Source: an uncultured virus (IMG/VR IMGVR_UViG_3300031565_013700)
Lineage: Duplodnaviria; Heunggongvirae; Uroviricota; Caudoviricetes
Length of the DNA: 64,000 nucleotides
Strand: one strand, 5' to 3'
Virus record (IMG/VR): IMGVR_UViG_3300031565_013700
Below are positions 19,017-28,285 of this stretch, one piece after another. The stretch's first letter is position 1; the number at the start of each line of letters is the position of its first letter. The position numbers were made by a program, and so were the translations under genes. The notes beneath the pieces were generated by a model. It ran no database searches and had not been told where the DNA came from. It was given only the letters and a program-made list of their open reading frames with translations.

Positions 19017-19352
19017 ATGGGAGGCACAACCATCACCGTATATGGTGACACAGAGAAAGACATCTTGGATAAACTCCGAAAACAGATTGTTCACAGCGCT
19101 ACAATTGGACTTTACCCGGATAGTGCCGCAGTTATCATCCGAGGTGACGATCTGACAGCTGGTGAAGGCGACGAGAAAGTTGCTGACAAGAAGAAAGCCA
19201 AGCTGTTCAATGTCAAGCTGAATGAATGGGAGATGACAGTCGAGTTCGAGGAAGTAGAGAAGGGCAGAATCTTCCATGTTGGAGTGGCAGCCGCATTCAG
19301 TAAAGCACCAGAGCCAGGCCAGTTACTCGGCACAGTCCATCTTCATACGTGA
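19017..19352 (+). CDS. hypothetical protein
   Basis: ATG after element SD. Confidence 0.65.
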   Translation: MGGTTITVYGDTEKDILDKLRKQIVHSATIGLYPDSAAVIIRGDDLTAGEGDEKVADKKKAKLFNVKLNEWEMTVEFEEVEKGRIFHVGVAAAFSKAPEPGQLLGTVHLHT

Positions 19353-19354
19353 TC

Positions 19355-19393
19355 TCAGTTCACAACTGATCCTCCGATGAATGTGTGCGGAGG
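19355..19393 (+). promoter_or_regulatory. two-hairpin leader element
   Basis: TCAG-TTCACAA-CTGA T CCTCCG-ATGAATGTGTG-CGGAGG. Confidence 0.85.
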
Positions 19394-19401
19394 AAAAACC
19401 T

Positions 19402-19821
19402 ATGAAGAACAGACGCATAAACAGCGAAGGTGGCCAAGAGTTCTCTATACTTGTCCAGGAAAAGATACCCGTCGAGAGAGGTGGAATAGATGCCCCTCTT
19501 GGCAGAGTGTCCATCCAGGACGTGAGAGGCGACGGGCTCCTCGGCGAGATCTACCGTATCGAGGTAGAAGTCGAGGACAAGTCCTTCCAGAAGCTACGGC
19601 TGCACTGCTCGACAGGACACAAGATTGCCCTATGGGTAAAACCACTACCACGACCGCTTGACATCATTACCTATGAGGATATCAAGCGGGTGTTTGACCA
19701 TCATGTTCGCCGGCCTTTATTGGAAGGTGAAGTGGAAAAGGTGGCCGAGTGGATCGGAAAGCACTTCGAACCCATCGACGAACTGATAGAGCGAGCAGTC
19801 AAAGATATCTGGAAGTGTTAA
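19402..19821 (+). CDS. hypothetical protein
   Basis: ATG after element SD. Confidence 0.65.
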   Translation: MKNRRINSEGGQEFSILVQEKIPVERGGIDAPLGRVSIQDVRGDGLLGEIYRIEVEVEDKSFQKLRLHCSTGHKIALWVKPLPRPLDIITYEDIKRVFDHHVRRPLLEGEVEKVAEWIGKHFEPIDELIERAVKDIWKC

Positions 19822-19824
19822 GCA

Positions 19825-20070
19825 TTGGCAAAGAACAGGCAGATTTACCAACTAACAGCAGAGATCCTTGTGCTAGCCTATGATCCGAAGGATGCGGAAG
19901 AGAGGGCCCATAAACAGGTGTTTGTCAACGATGTGTTGAAGGACCCTGTGCCAGCCGATTGGTCGCACTTCGACGAACCCAATAAATTCTTCTCGTCCGA
20001 AGAGAGGGAAAGGAATAAGCAAAGGACCATAGCTAGGATAACACAGGAAATCCAACAACTCGAGAAATAG
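19825..20070 (+). CDS. hypothetical protein, paralog of 10071..10325
   Basis: Obvious protein similarity. Confidence 0.8.
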   Translation: MAKNRQIYQLTAEILVLAYDPKDAEERAHKQVFVNDVLKDPVPADWSHFDEPNKFFSSEERERNKQRTIARITQEIQQLEK

Positions 20071-20186
20071 CATCCCCAGAATCAGGTCCAAACCACCAAT
20101 TTCGCCCGGATTCGCTATTCTCTTATTCTCATAATCTCAGGCAAAAGACAAAGTAGATGATCGAATACTTGATCATGATCATTGAC

Positions 20187-20230
20187 GAGAGTTCACCACT
20201 CTCCCTCTGACCCGAAAATACGAGCAGAGG
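20187..20230 (+). promoter_or_regulatory. two-hairpin leader element
   Basis: GAGAG-TTCACCA-CTCTC CCTCTG-15nt-CAGAGG. Confidence 0.85.
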
Positions 20231-20238
20231 TGAAAGAC

Positions 20239-20574
20239 ATGAGCAAGACACATCCAGCACAGCTTACAGACAAATGGCAAGACCAGACATTAACCGTTGA
20301 GGACATCATACCCAAAGTCATAGAATACAGCCAAGATAGAAGGATCCCCATAACTGATGACGAGGCCGCGAGTATAGCTCGGCAGATACATAGAGCATAT
20401 AAGAAATACCACAATCCAAGTTCATACGCGGGAGATTTCATGGTTGAGTTTGCTGGCGATAGCATCAGGCGCGTGATGGCGGCAGGGGATAACCTCAACT
20501 TACGAACCCTGAACATCTACCATTATTACTTCTACAACTGTGCACCGGGAGACTGGAGAGAGAAGATCAGATAG
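20239..20574 (+). CDS. hypothetical protein
   Basis: ATG after element SD; track N-terminus MTRVHHSP is the translated element. Confidence 0.7.
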   Translation: MSKTHPAQLTDKWQDQTLTVEDIIPKVIEYSQDRRIPITDDEAASIARQIHRAYKKYHNPSSYAGDFMVEFAGDSIRRVMAAGDNLNLRTLNIYHYYFYNCAPGDWREKIR

Positions 20575-20579
20575 TTGAC

Positions 20580-20623
20580 GAGAGTTCACCACTCTCCCTC
20601 TGGCCTAAAAATGCGAGCAGAGG
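20580..20623 (+). promoter_or_regulatory. two-hairpin leader element (before ParB)
   Basis: GAGAG-TTCACCA-CTCTC CCTCTG-GCCTAAAAATGCGAG-CAGAGG. Confidence 0.85.
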
Positions 20624-20625
20624 AT

Positions 20626-21861
20626 ATGCCAAAAGAACTACCAAAGCCAGGAGACAAACTAAGTATCAATAAGCTGAAGGACCCTGAAGTTGTTTTACAT
20701 CCCCAAATATCCAAGTGGAGGGATGACCTTGTCTTTGACCCTTTACTGTATAACAGTTTAGAGCAAGGACAGATACAGCCAATAGTGTTCAGAAAGCTGA
20801 AGGATAGGTTTGAGCTCCTTGCTGGCTCTAGGAGATACTTCCATCAGAAGTTACGCGGAGTATCTTGGGATGACTTGTATAAAGACATCCGCGAAAACGT
20901 ATCAGACCGTGACGCCCTGCTATTAGCGGCGTCAGAGAACATCTTCCGAGAAGACTTCACCCCATGGGAGGAAGCCCGTGCAATCAACGATATGCTCGTG
21001 GTGGGTAAGATGAGCATCAAAGACGTTGCCACACACCTGGGGAAAAGCGAGGCCTATGTAACCAGCAGAAGAGCTCTACTCAGCCTACCTGAGAAGACAC
21101 AGAAACGCTTCGAGAAACAGGGCATCCCCATCGGCTTTGCTACACCAGTGAAGAAGCTATCTAAATTCCCTAAAGCACAGGCAGATATGCTTGAGAAAAT
21201 CATTGAAGGAAGAAAGAGCAGATACAACGGCATCAGCAAAATCGAGGAGGCCGAGGAATATGTATCCAAGCTTCTGGGGAGGGTGAAAGAAGTAGAGGCC
21301 CTGGTGAACGCCTACGGACCATGCCCAGCCTGCGGAAGCAAGAATATTACTCAAGCTCAATACGATGAAGGCAACCAACTATCATGCAACGACTGCAACC
21401 ATAGGTGGCACAAAGACACAAAGGAACCATGGAAACTCTACGAACTAAAGCAGGAGGCTGAGGAAATGGGCTTCAAAGTGGATGCGGGCCCAGAGACCCT
21501 GACGCTAACACCGAAAGACGTGGCCAACATACAGGCTCGGCAGGAACAAGAACGGAGGGAAGAGATGGACGCAGAGGCTGAGAAAGAGGCTGAGAAATTC
21601 GCTGAGAAGTTCCGGTCACCAGTCTACATCGAAGAGATCGTGATACCTTTGCTACCTGGTAACGTGCAGAAGATGAGCGTCGACGGCAACACCATCGAGA
21701 TCGAGTTGATCGAGGACTCTGGTCTACACTTCAAGGGATTGAAGAAAGACTACACAACAGGAGAGAAGGGAAGGATAGAGATCACCTACGGCTACGGGGA
21801 CACAACCCAGAAAATAGCCGAGAAAGTGCATGGCATCATAGCCAAACTTAAGAAATCCTAA
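20626..21861 (+). CDS. ParB/Spo0J-like protein with zinc ribbon
   Basis: GQIQPIV, LLAGSRR, ENIFREDFTPWEEA, HTH (IKDVATHLGKSEAYV), CPAC/CNDC. Confidence 0.85.
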   Translation: MPKELPKPGDKLSINKLKDPEVVLHPQISKWRDDLVFDPLLYNSLEQGQIQPIVFRKLKDRFELLAGSRRYFHQKLRGVSWDDLYKDIRENVSDRDALLLAASENIFREDFTPWEEARAINDMLVVGKMSIKDVATHLGKSEAYVTSRRALLSLPEKTQKRFEKQGIPIGFATPVKKLSKFPKAQADMLEKIIEGRKSRYNGISKIEEAEEYVSKLLGRVKEVEALVNAYGPCPACGSKNITQAQYDEGNQLSCNDCNHRWHKDTKEPWKLYELKQEAEEMGFKVDAGPETLTLTPKDVANIQARQEQERREEMDAEAEKEAEKFAEKFRSPVYIEEIVIPLLPGNVQKMSVDGNTIEIELIEDSGLHFKGLKKDYTTGEKGRIEITYGYGDTTQKIAEKVHGIIAKLKKS

Positions 21862-21868
21862 TCCTAAC

Positions 21869-21913
21869 GAGAGTTCATTACTCTCCCTCTGACCTAAAAC
21901 GTGTGAGCAGAGG
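21869..21913 (+). promoter_or_regulatory. two-hairpin leader element
   Basis: GAGAG-TTCATTA-CTCTC CCTCTG-16nt-CAGAGG. Confidence 0.85.
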
Positions 21914-21914
21914 C

Positions 21915-23570
21915 ATGGAAAAACCAACATTCGGTTTAGCAGACATCCCGGAACAATGGGAGATACGATTACACGATGGCTTGATAGAACAACTGGATAA
22001 ACTCAATCGACCCTGGGCCCATGATGGATCGGGACGCAGACATGGTGACACTGTCTACTGGTACCGTAGCACTCTACGAAAACGAACCCTGGACCGCATG
22101 ACCGAGAAAGAGAAAGAATACTTCTACGCATCCTATCGCATCTCTGAACGTTTGTGGGGAACTCCGAAACGGAAAGGAAAAACATTCGGTCCCTTCATCA
22201 GAAAGGACATGATCCCCATCATCAGAGTAGGCGTAGACATCTCCGACTCCGAGCTGGAGAGAGCCATAACGGGCATCAAAGTCTCATCCAGTTCAGACCG
22301 AATCCTCAACTGTGAGAGACTTCCAATAACCGCTAACAAATACTGGGCCTGGTTCATGGGACTCTATTACAGCTCAGGAAGCATAAGATTCAGAGATCCA
22401 GCAACTAGCACCAGGGCCACAAATGAATCAATCGAGATGGCGTTCAAACTTCATAATCCTGTACTGGAACTTGGACAGGAATACGCCAAGGAAATCGGCA
22501 TCAACTTCAGATACTTCGACAGAATACAGGACCGGATAACGACATCAGGAAAGACCAAAGGCATGCGAACAAGCCGGCTCAGCAGAGCCGGACTAGGGTG
22601 GCCAGAGTACCGGATACTAGAGAAATTCGGCATGTCAAACCACTACCGAACCGATCACCCAAAGATAACTGCCCGCTACTGGAAACCCATTATCCCCGAG
22701 TGGATAAAGCAAGACGATGAGTGTATGACCATGTTCATCGCCGGATTGCTCAATGGAGGCTACGGGGTGAGCTCTATATCAAGAGCCGGTGCACAAAAGA
22801 GGAACCTCGCCCTATCTGTCTGCCTGAGGATAACAGGCCTGCCTGAGGAATACATCAAGAAATTCGCGGAGGAGCTGTACAACTGGCTTATCGCCCAGGA
22901 GTTGAGGCCTAGCTTCAGACAAATGTTTAGCGGCTATGCCAGTAAGTTACGAGGCAAATACGTCTATGAGGCATCCCTCAATAATTGGGATTCTATATGG
23001 TTCCTCCTCACGAAGATGACCATAGCACGGCCGGATCTCAGGGCACGGCTGATGGCGAAGGTTCAGGCATCACAGGATCCCTTCTTTAATGAAGCGATGA
23101 TTCAGCTGAGGTCACCACACAACGTCATCCTCAGCATGTTAGCGGAGGGTCCTATGACGGTGGACGAGCTGGACTGGAGCCTGCAGGTGAAGCGAGAAGG
23201 AATCGTGGACGTCCTGAAATCTCTCCAGATGCGAGGTTTAGTCACAAAACGCAGAAATCGCTATAGTTATGACTCAATTAAATTCCAGGAATTTGAGCTC
23301 AGGCGCAAGGAGAACCGCATTGAAATCCTAGCCAAACGTGCTTTAAGATACGCCACCAGATTACTCTATAAATGCTCTCAGTGTGGAAAGGTGTATGTAA
23401 TAGGCAGGGAAATCTGTGGGATGTGTGGAAGTACAGTCATACCCGTTCCAAGATTATCGGTGCTTCAGAGCATCCATCAACAGAGAAGCCATGCTTTGCT
23501 TCGGTATCGTAAATTAGTAAAGGAGAATGGAAAATGCAAGGAAGAGAAAAACGAATCGGACGAATACTAG
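21915..23570 (+). CDS. degenerate LAGLIDADG-fold protein with wHTH and zinc ribbon
   Basis: WAWFMGLYYSSGSI and IPEWI...FIAGLLNGGYG resemble the two LAGLIDADG helices without acidic residues; GPMTVDEL...LKSLQMRGLV wHTH; CSQC/CGMC. Confidence 0.55.
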   Translation: MEKPTFGLADIPEQWEIRLHDGLIEQLDKLNRPWAHDGSGRRHGDTVYWYRSTLRKRTLDRMTEKEKEYFYASYRISERLWGTPKRKGKTFGPFIRKDMIPIIRVGVDISDSELERAITGIKVSSSSDRILNCERLPITANKYWAWFMGLYYSSGSIRFRDPATSTRATNESIEMAFKLHNPVLELGQEYAKEIGINFRYFDRIQDRITTSGKTKGMRTSRLSRAGLGWPEYRILEKFGMSNHYRTDHPKITARYWKPIIPEWIKQDDECMTMFIAGLLNGGYGVSSISRAGAQKRNLALSVCLRITGLPEEYIKKFAEELYNWLIAQELRPSFRQMFSGYASKLRGKYVYEASLNNWDSIWFLLTKMTIARPDLRARLMAKVQASQDPFFNEAMIQLRSPHNVILSMLAEGPMTVDELDWSLQVKREGIVDVLKSLQMRGLVTKRRNRYSYDSIKFQEFELRRKENRIEILAKRALRYATRLLYKCSQCGKVYVIGREICGMCGSTVIPVPRLSVLQSIHQQRSHALLRYRKLVKENGKCKEEKNESDEY

Positions 23571-24859
23571 ACTCGACGGACAAACATTCTAGGGCAGAAC
23601 TCACAGACGACGCCATGGAAGGGATGCTCGTCTCGGTTAATCGCCAAGGATACACATTCCTAGGTAGAATCGAGAAGATAGAGTCCCAGAAGTTCGGAGG
23701 CCTGATTGGATATATATATTGGCTCGACTATCTTGGAAGACCCTTTAGCAGCATGACGGAGATCTTCATGGCTGAAGAGGAAACCGAGACAGGGCACATC
23801 TACATAGGCGAGGACCAGAGAAACATCAAAGTGAAGCTCCCCGTCAACCCCCTATTCGGGCATGTTCTCGTGGCGGGGATGACTACCGTGGGAAAGACAC
23901 ACCTTCTGATCGTTATCGCGGAGGAGCTGGGGCAACTTGGGGTGCCTTGTCTGATAATCGATCCCCAGGGCGAGTTCATCAACTTACCAGTCATCGATAG
24001 GGAGAGATATGTCGTGGTCGAAGAACTCAGGATAGAGAACCTCATCAATCACATGCAGCAAAAGAGAATCGTGGTGTACAATCTTTTAGGATACTCTAAA
24101 ATAACAAAAATTTCACGGGTTGCCGAATTGCTGCAGGAATTGATGAATGCCAAAGAGAAGGACTACCAGCAGGCTGCCGCAGATCCAAGGTTGCTTCAGA
24201 TGCCGCCCATCTTAATAATCATAGACGAAGCAGACATTTTTGCACCCAACCTCATCAAAGGTCAAGGAGAAGGAGCCAGAGAATCCGTAGGCCCTGTCGT
24301 AGATCTCCTTGAAAGGGGAGCCAAATTCGGTTTAGGAACAATCGTGGCGACACAAAGAATCACGAGATTGGATATTGATGTGAGAAGCCAATGCAACTCA
24401 GCAATGATATTCAGAATGATAGATGCAGGAAGTGTTCAGGCGGCCCACAACATCGATTATATTCCCGAACAGGAGATCCACAGAATCCGCGCTCTAGAAA
24501 AGGGGGCGGCCATCATCGCAGGCAATCTAGTCAAGAGAGTCAGACGCGTCCAAATACGGGACATCAAAACGCCCCGGGCCAAACACAGAGACTTCGAGAA
24601 GATGCTGGGGATACAGCCACCGGAGGAAGTGGAGTTCGAGACACGGCTTGAAGAAACTGCTGAAGGCGATATTGTGGACTTAATCACCAAAGAAGTGATT
24701 CGCGATGCAGCGGATAAACTGGCAGATGCGGACAAGGCCGCTTTCGAGAAGGCTGAAGATGATGGTGTTGTAATACGATCTCACATCACTCCAGAGGAGC
24801 AGAAGGTTCTCAATCGGCTACGGAAACCCGATAAAAACGGAGACCGACTTATTGGATAA
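23534..24859 (+). CDS. HerA/FtsK-like ATPase
   Basis: HVLVAGMTTVGKT, IIDPQGEF, IIIDEAD, RGAKFG, ATQR. Confidence 0.88.
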   Translation: MQGREKRIGRILDSTDKHSRAELTDDAMEGMLVSVNRQGYTFLGRIEKIESQKFGGLIGYIYWLDYLGRPFSSMTEIFMAEEETETGHIYIGEDQRNIKVKLPVNPLFGHVLVAGMTTVGKTHLLIVIAEELGQLGVPCLIIDPQGEFINLPVIDRERYVVVEELRIENLINHMQQKRIVVYNLLGYSKITKISRVAELLQELMNAKEKDYQQAAADPRLLQMPPILIIIDEADIFAPNLIKGQGEGARESVGPVVDLLERGAKFGLGTIVATQRITRLDIDVRSQCNSAMIFRMIDAGSVQAAHNIDYIPEQEIHRIRALEKGAAIIAGNLVKRVRRVQIRDIKTPRAKHRDFEKMLGIQPPEEVEFETRLEETAEGDIVDLITKEVIRDAADKLADADKAAFEKAEDDGVVIRSHITPEEQKVLNRLRKPDKNGDRLIG

Positions 24860-25265
24860 ACTTATTGAATGTGCTTGCGGTTGTGGGCAACTCATATCTC
24901 CAACGGATAACAGAAGACGTCCACGCCGATTTATTCGAGGACATAATTGGCGAGGCAAGAAACGCACAGAAAAAACAAAGACCAAAATAAAGAAGACATT
25001 GGCAAACCATCCTGATTATGATGGAGTGACAATGAAGGATGGATATGTCCGTATTCGAGATCTGAATCATCCAAATACCGATGCCCGAGGATATGTCAAA
25101 AGAGCAAGACTTGTAATGGAAGAGAAACTGGGACGTTATCTAACTAGAGATGAGGTAGTGCATCACATCAATGGGGATAAAGCCGATGACCGGTGTGAAA
25201 ATCTTGAACTCACGACTTATCCAAAACATATGAGTCACCACAGGAGATTACACCAAATTGGATGA
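24852..25265 (+). CDS. HNH endonuclease with CACGCG N-terminus
   Basis: RLVMEEKLGRYL...VVHHINGDKADDRCENL. Confidence 0.85.
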   Translation: MDKLIECACGCGQLISPTDNRRRPRRFIRGHNWRGKKRTEKTKTKIKKTLANHPDYDGVTMKDGYVRIRDLNHPNTDARGYVKRARLVMEEKLGRYLTRDEVVHHINGDKADDRCENLELTTYPKHMSHHRRLHQIG

Positions 25266-25587
25266 CTTCCAGTTAAAGCCAAAGAAAGGCAGAGAAACAG
25301 ATAGAGGCCCTACGGAGAAAGGCAGGAAGCTGATGAGCGAAGCAGGACAAAAACCCAAACCACCCAGCCAAGGACTAGCGATACGTCAAAATTGGCAAAG
25401 ATCATTCATCAAACGAAATCCTCTGAGGGAGGGCGAAGTCTATATCCGCTACACGAACTTACGGAAACCCACCGTACAGGAAGTGATCGTCATAGCATCA
25501 GACTCCAACCGGATCGAATACAGCAGGGATGGCATCGAGTGGAAGACAGCGAAAAAGCGCAACTACCACGCCGATAAAACCAAATGA
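25258..25587 (+). CDS. hypothetical protein
   Basis: Packed ORF with TTG start. Confidence 0.6.
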   Translation: MDDFQLKPKKGRETDRGPTEKGRKLMSEAGQKPKPPSQGLAIRQNWQRSFIKRNPLREGEVYIRYTNLRKPTVQEVIVIASDSNRIEYSRDGIEWKTAKKRNYHADKTK

Positions 25588-25589
25588 GC

Positions 25590-25624
25590 AAAACATATAT
25601 TCCATTCTATACCTCAGTCTATAC
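25590..25624 (+). promoter_or_regulatory. BRE/TATA-like box plus operator-like dyad
   Basis: AAAACATATATT then TTCTATAC-CTCA-GTCTATAC. Confidence 0.6.
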
Positions 25625-25724
25625 TGCGGCAGGAGGGGCATAGTATACCTGAAGCCTGGATCCAACTCGCCAAGTCTAGGATTCTAGCCAAGGTGTTTCT
25701 CCCTAAATCCTGACCGCGGCCTTC

Positions 25725-25762
25725 TCAGGTTCACGACCTGACGGGGGAAGAGAGAGCCCCTG
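25725..25762 (+). promoter_or_regulatory. two-hairpin leader element variant (before MCM)
   Basis: TCAGG-TTCACGA-CCTGA CGGGGG-9nt-CCCCTG. Confidence 0.7.
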
Positions 25763-25777
25763 AAAGAGGGAGTAGAA

Positions 25778-27619
25778 ATGGGAGAGAAAAATAACAAGGA
25801 TATCGGAGTTTCTAAAGACTGGATCATAGCTGTACTAGAACAGAACCTAACAAAGCCAAAGAAATGGACGGAAAAGGACGTTGAACAGATCGCGGCAGCC
25901 AAACCAAAGTCGAGACTTCAAGAGCTCATAGTGGATGTCTATGAGGGGCTGCTTGAAGCCAAGAGCGCAAAGAACATAACCACGCACTTCGAGGCAGATG
26001 GAGTGCCGGAGATCATAAACCTACCCGACGAGGATTTCTTCGACAAATGGTACGAGAACAACGAACTCGAGGATTATCCACAGAAATACAAATTCGGCAC
26101 CTTCTTGAACCGCTTAGCGGCTCGCGTCGGTAAGACAGGCGGCAGCTCATATAGCGAAGAGGGCATACAGGAAACCCTCTCCAAACTAGTGAATGCCGTC
26201 ATGGAGGACCAGGACGCAATATCAATCATCGCGGAAACCATAAATACAACTTATCCTCGGCTCGCTCAGCCACCGATGGCTATGCCACAGCCAGAGAAAA
26301 TCTCTGAGTACGAGCAAACACAGTACGATAAACAAGTCGACGTTTTGCGCGAAAGCGTGGAATCCAATATAGATCAGTACCAGGACCTCATACAAGACTT
26401 AAAATCGGCAGCCAAGACAGACTTCGAGGAAATGGCCTACCAACTCAACCAGATAGTTATATTTGGGGAAGCATGCTGGGAACTTATACTTTATTCGATT
26501 ATGTCGCCTAAGGCTCCAAGAATACTGATCAATGGCCTTGACTATAGAGCAAACTTACACACATTACTTGAAGGAGACATCAGCACAGCGAAGTCGAAGA
26601 TCCTGGAGATAGCGAAGATCATATCCCCGAAGATGGTTGTAGTGGATGAAACCACGAAAGCCAGTCTTGAGGGGGTGGCGCTACCAGGTAACTCGCAGGA
26701 AATAGCTGATGGTGTCATAGACATCGCTAATGCCGGCAACATCATCATAGAGGAATTCAACCAAGCATGGGCAAAGATGTCCCTGTTCAGACGCATCATG
26801 GATGGCAAACGCATACAGATCTTCAAGAAAGGCATACCTAAAACCATAGACGTCAACACCACAATAATAGCGGCCTGCAACCCAGAGGAAGATTTCTTCC
26901 ACGAGGACCAACTATTCAGAGACCAGATCGTCTTCAAGGAAGGCATCCTCAGCAGATTCGACATACAGATACCATTGACAGCAACTACAACAGCCAACAA
27001 GATACTCGTGGATAGGCTCAACCTATTCGGTGAGGCAGAGGAAGGCATTGACCTCGACAGCCTCAAGAGACGATTGGAGCTTATCGCGTTTGGCATGGGT
27101 AGCATAAAGCGCGTCAGAATCACCGGGGATCAGCTGAATATGATCAGAGACGTCTTCAAAGAACACAACGAAACGGATCATCGCAGACGCATCTTGAAAT
27201 GGAGACCACTAATTCTTCTTAGAGACCTGGAAACTTTGGCGAGACTTGTAAACATCATAGTATCAGTGAACTTCAACAAGCGCAAAGTCGATAATGGCAT
27301 ACTCTATGCTGAAGACGAGGACGTGGAGAAAGCCATCAGGCTGTGGGAGAATCTGCTATACATGAGAATACAGCTCTACGCGAACCAAAGCAGATTACTG
27401 AAGTCACCGGCTGATGAAATAGTCCTTTACATTGTCATGGAACAGCAGAGAAGAGACGGCGGAGAAGTGCCGATAGCCGAGGTCTACACACACATAGTCG
27501 AAGTGAGCAGAATGATCAGCAGGGCAACGTTCTACAGGGAAGTCGAGAGACTCAGAAGCTCCGGAAGAATCATCCAGAATGGACTAAGAGACAGCATGTT
27601 AAAGGTGATAATAGAGTAG
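25778..27619 (+). CDS. MCM-like AAA+ helicase with C-terminal wHTH
   Basis: LHTLLEGDISTAKS, IIIEEFN, AACNP, LSRFD, RDLETLARL. Confidence 0.85.
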   Translation: MGEKNNKDIGVSKDWIIAVLEQNLTKPKKWTEKDVEQIAAAKPKSRLQELIVDVYEGLLEAKSAKNITTHFEADGVPEIINLPDEDFFDKWYENNELEDYPQKYKFGTFLNRLAARVGKTGGSSYSEEGIQETLSKLVNAVMEDQDAISIIAETINTTYPRLAQPPMAMPQPEKISEYEQTQYDKQVDVLRESVESNIDQYQDLIQDLKSAAKTDFEEMAYQLNQIVIFGEACWELILYSIMSPKAPRILINGLDYRANLHTLLEGDISTAKSKILEIAKIISPKMVVVDETTKASLEGVALPGNSQEIADGVIDIANAGNIIIEEFNQAWAKMSLFRRIMDGKRIQIFKKGIPKTIDVNTTIIAACNPEEDFFHEDQLFRDQIVFKEGILSRFDIQIPLTATTTANKILVDRLNLFGEAEEGIDLDSLKRRLELIAFGMGSIKRVRITGDQLNMIRDVFKEHNETDHRRRILKWRPLILLRDLETLARLVNIIVSVNFNKRKVDNGILYAEDEDVEKAIRLWENLLYMRIQLYANQSRLLKSPADEIVLYIVMEQQRRDGGEVPIAEVYTHIVEVSRMISRATFYREVERLRSSGRIIQNGLRDSMLKVIIE

Positions 27620-27627
27620 CGAGGAAA

Positions 27628-28170
27628 ATGAAGAAAACAACACAGTTTCAGTGCACACGATGCGGTGTATGCTGCAAAAATCATCGGGGGCCCATGCTTG
27701 GCCAACTCCACGGATTGATGCTTCTGCCGAGCGAGATCAAGTTATTCCCGTCAGAACTGATTAAACCCATGTTCAGATATCACCCCGACACAGATCCAGG
27801 GATCGCCGGGATGGTATGGATGTACCAACTGGATTCAGATGGATGTCCTCATTATGATGAGGAGCTGCATGAGTGTAAAATCTATGTCAAAAGACCAAAC
27901 ACATGCAGATCATTCCCGTTTGAATCCCGGGGCGATAAGATGATCTGCCATGGATCATGTCCCGAAATAGAGCGGGTCAGGAAGCTCGGCGTTAAACTCT
28001 CGATCCACGGAAGAGAAGTAAAGGCAACCGCGGCCATGCAGGAATACCAGTACCAGTGTATGAGAAGAGAAATTAATGTGGAGAGGTTTGATTTGCGGAC
28101 ACAGACCTGGCGTGGCATCCTCGAAGGCCTCAGCCCCGAACACTGGAAGTGGTTGAAAGAGAGCGCTTAA
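27628..28170 (+). CDS. YkgJ-family Cys-cluster protein
   Basis: CTRCGVCC, CPHY, CKIYVKRPNTCRSFPF. Confidence 0.85.
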   Translation: MKKTTQFQCTRCGVCCKNHRGPMLGQLHGLMLLPSEIKLFPSELIKPMFRYHPDTDPGIAGMVWMYQLDSDGCPHYDEELHECKIYVKRPNTCRSFPFESRGDKMICHGSCPEIERVRKLGVKLSIHGREVKATAAMQEYQYQCMRREINVERFDLRTQTWRGILEGLSPEHWKWLKESA

Positions 28171-28285
28171 CATGAGGAAATCACATAAGTACGCCAAGAA
28201 AATCTACATCTGCAAAGCCAATGATAACAATTTTTGCGATTCAGATCAACCGGACTGCAGAAACTGTCCAATCGCCAAACAATAC

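Noticed and set aside
20182..20625. Shared N-terminal peptide MTRVHHSPS in two ORF-track proteins
   Set aside because: Artefact of translating through two similar elements; likely starts are 20239 and 20626.
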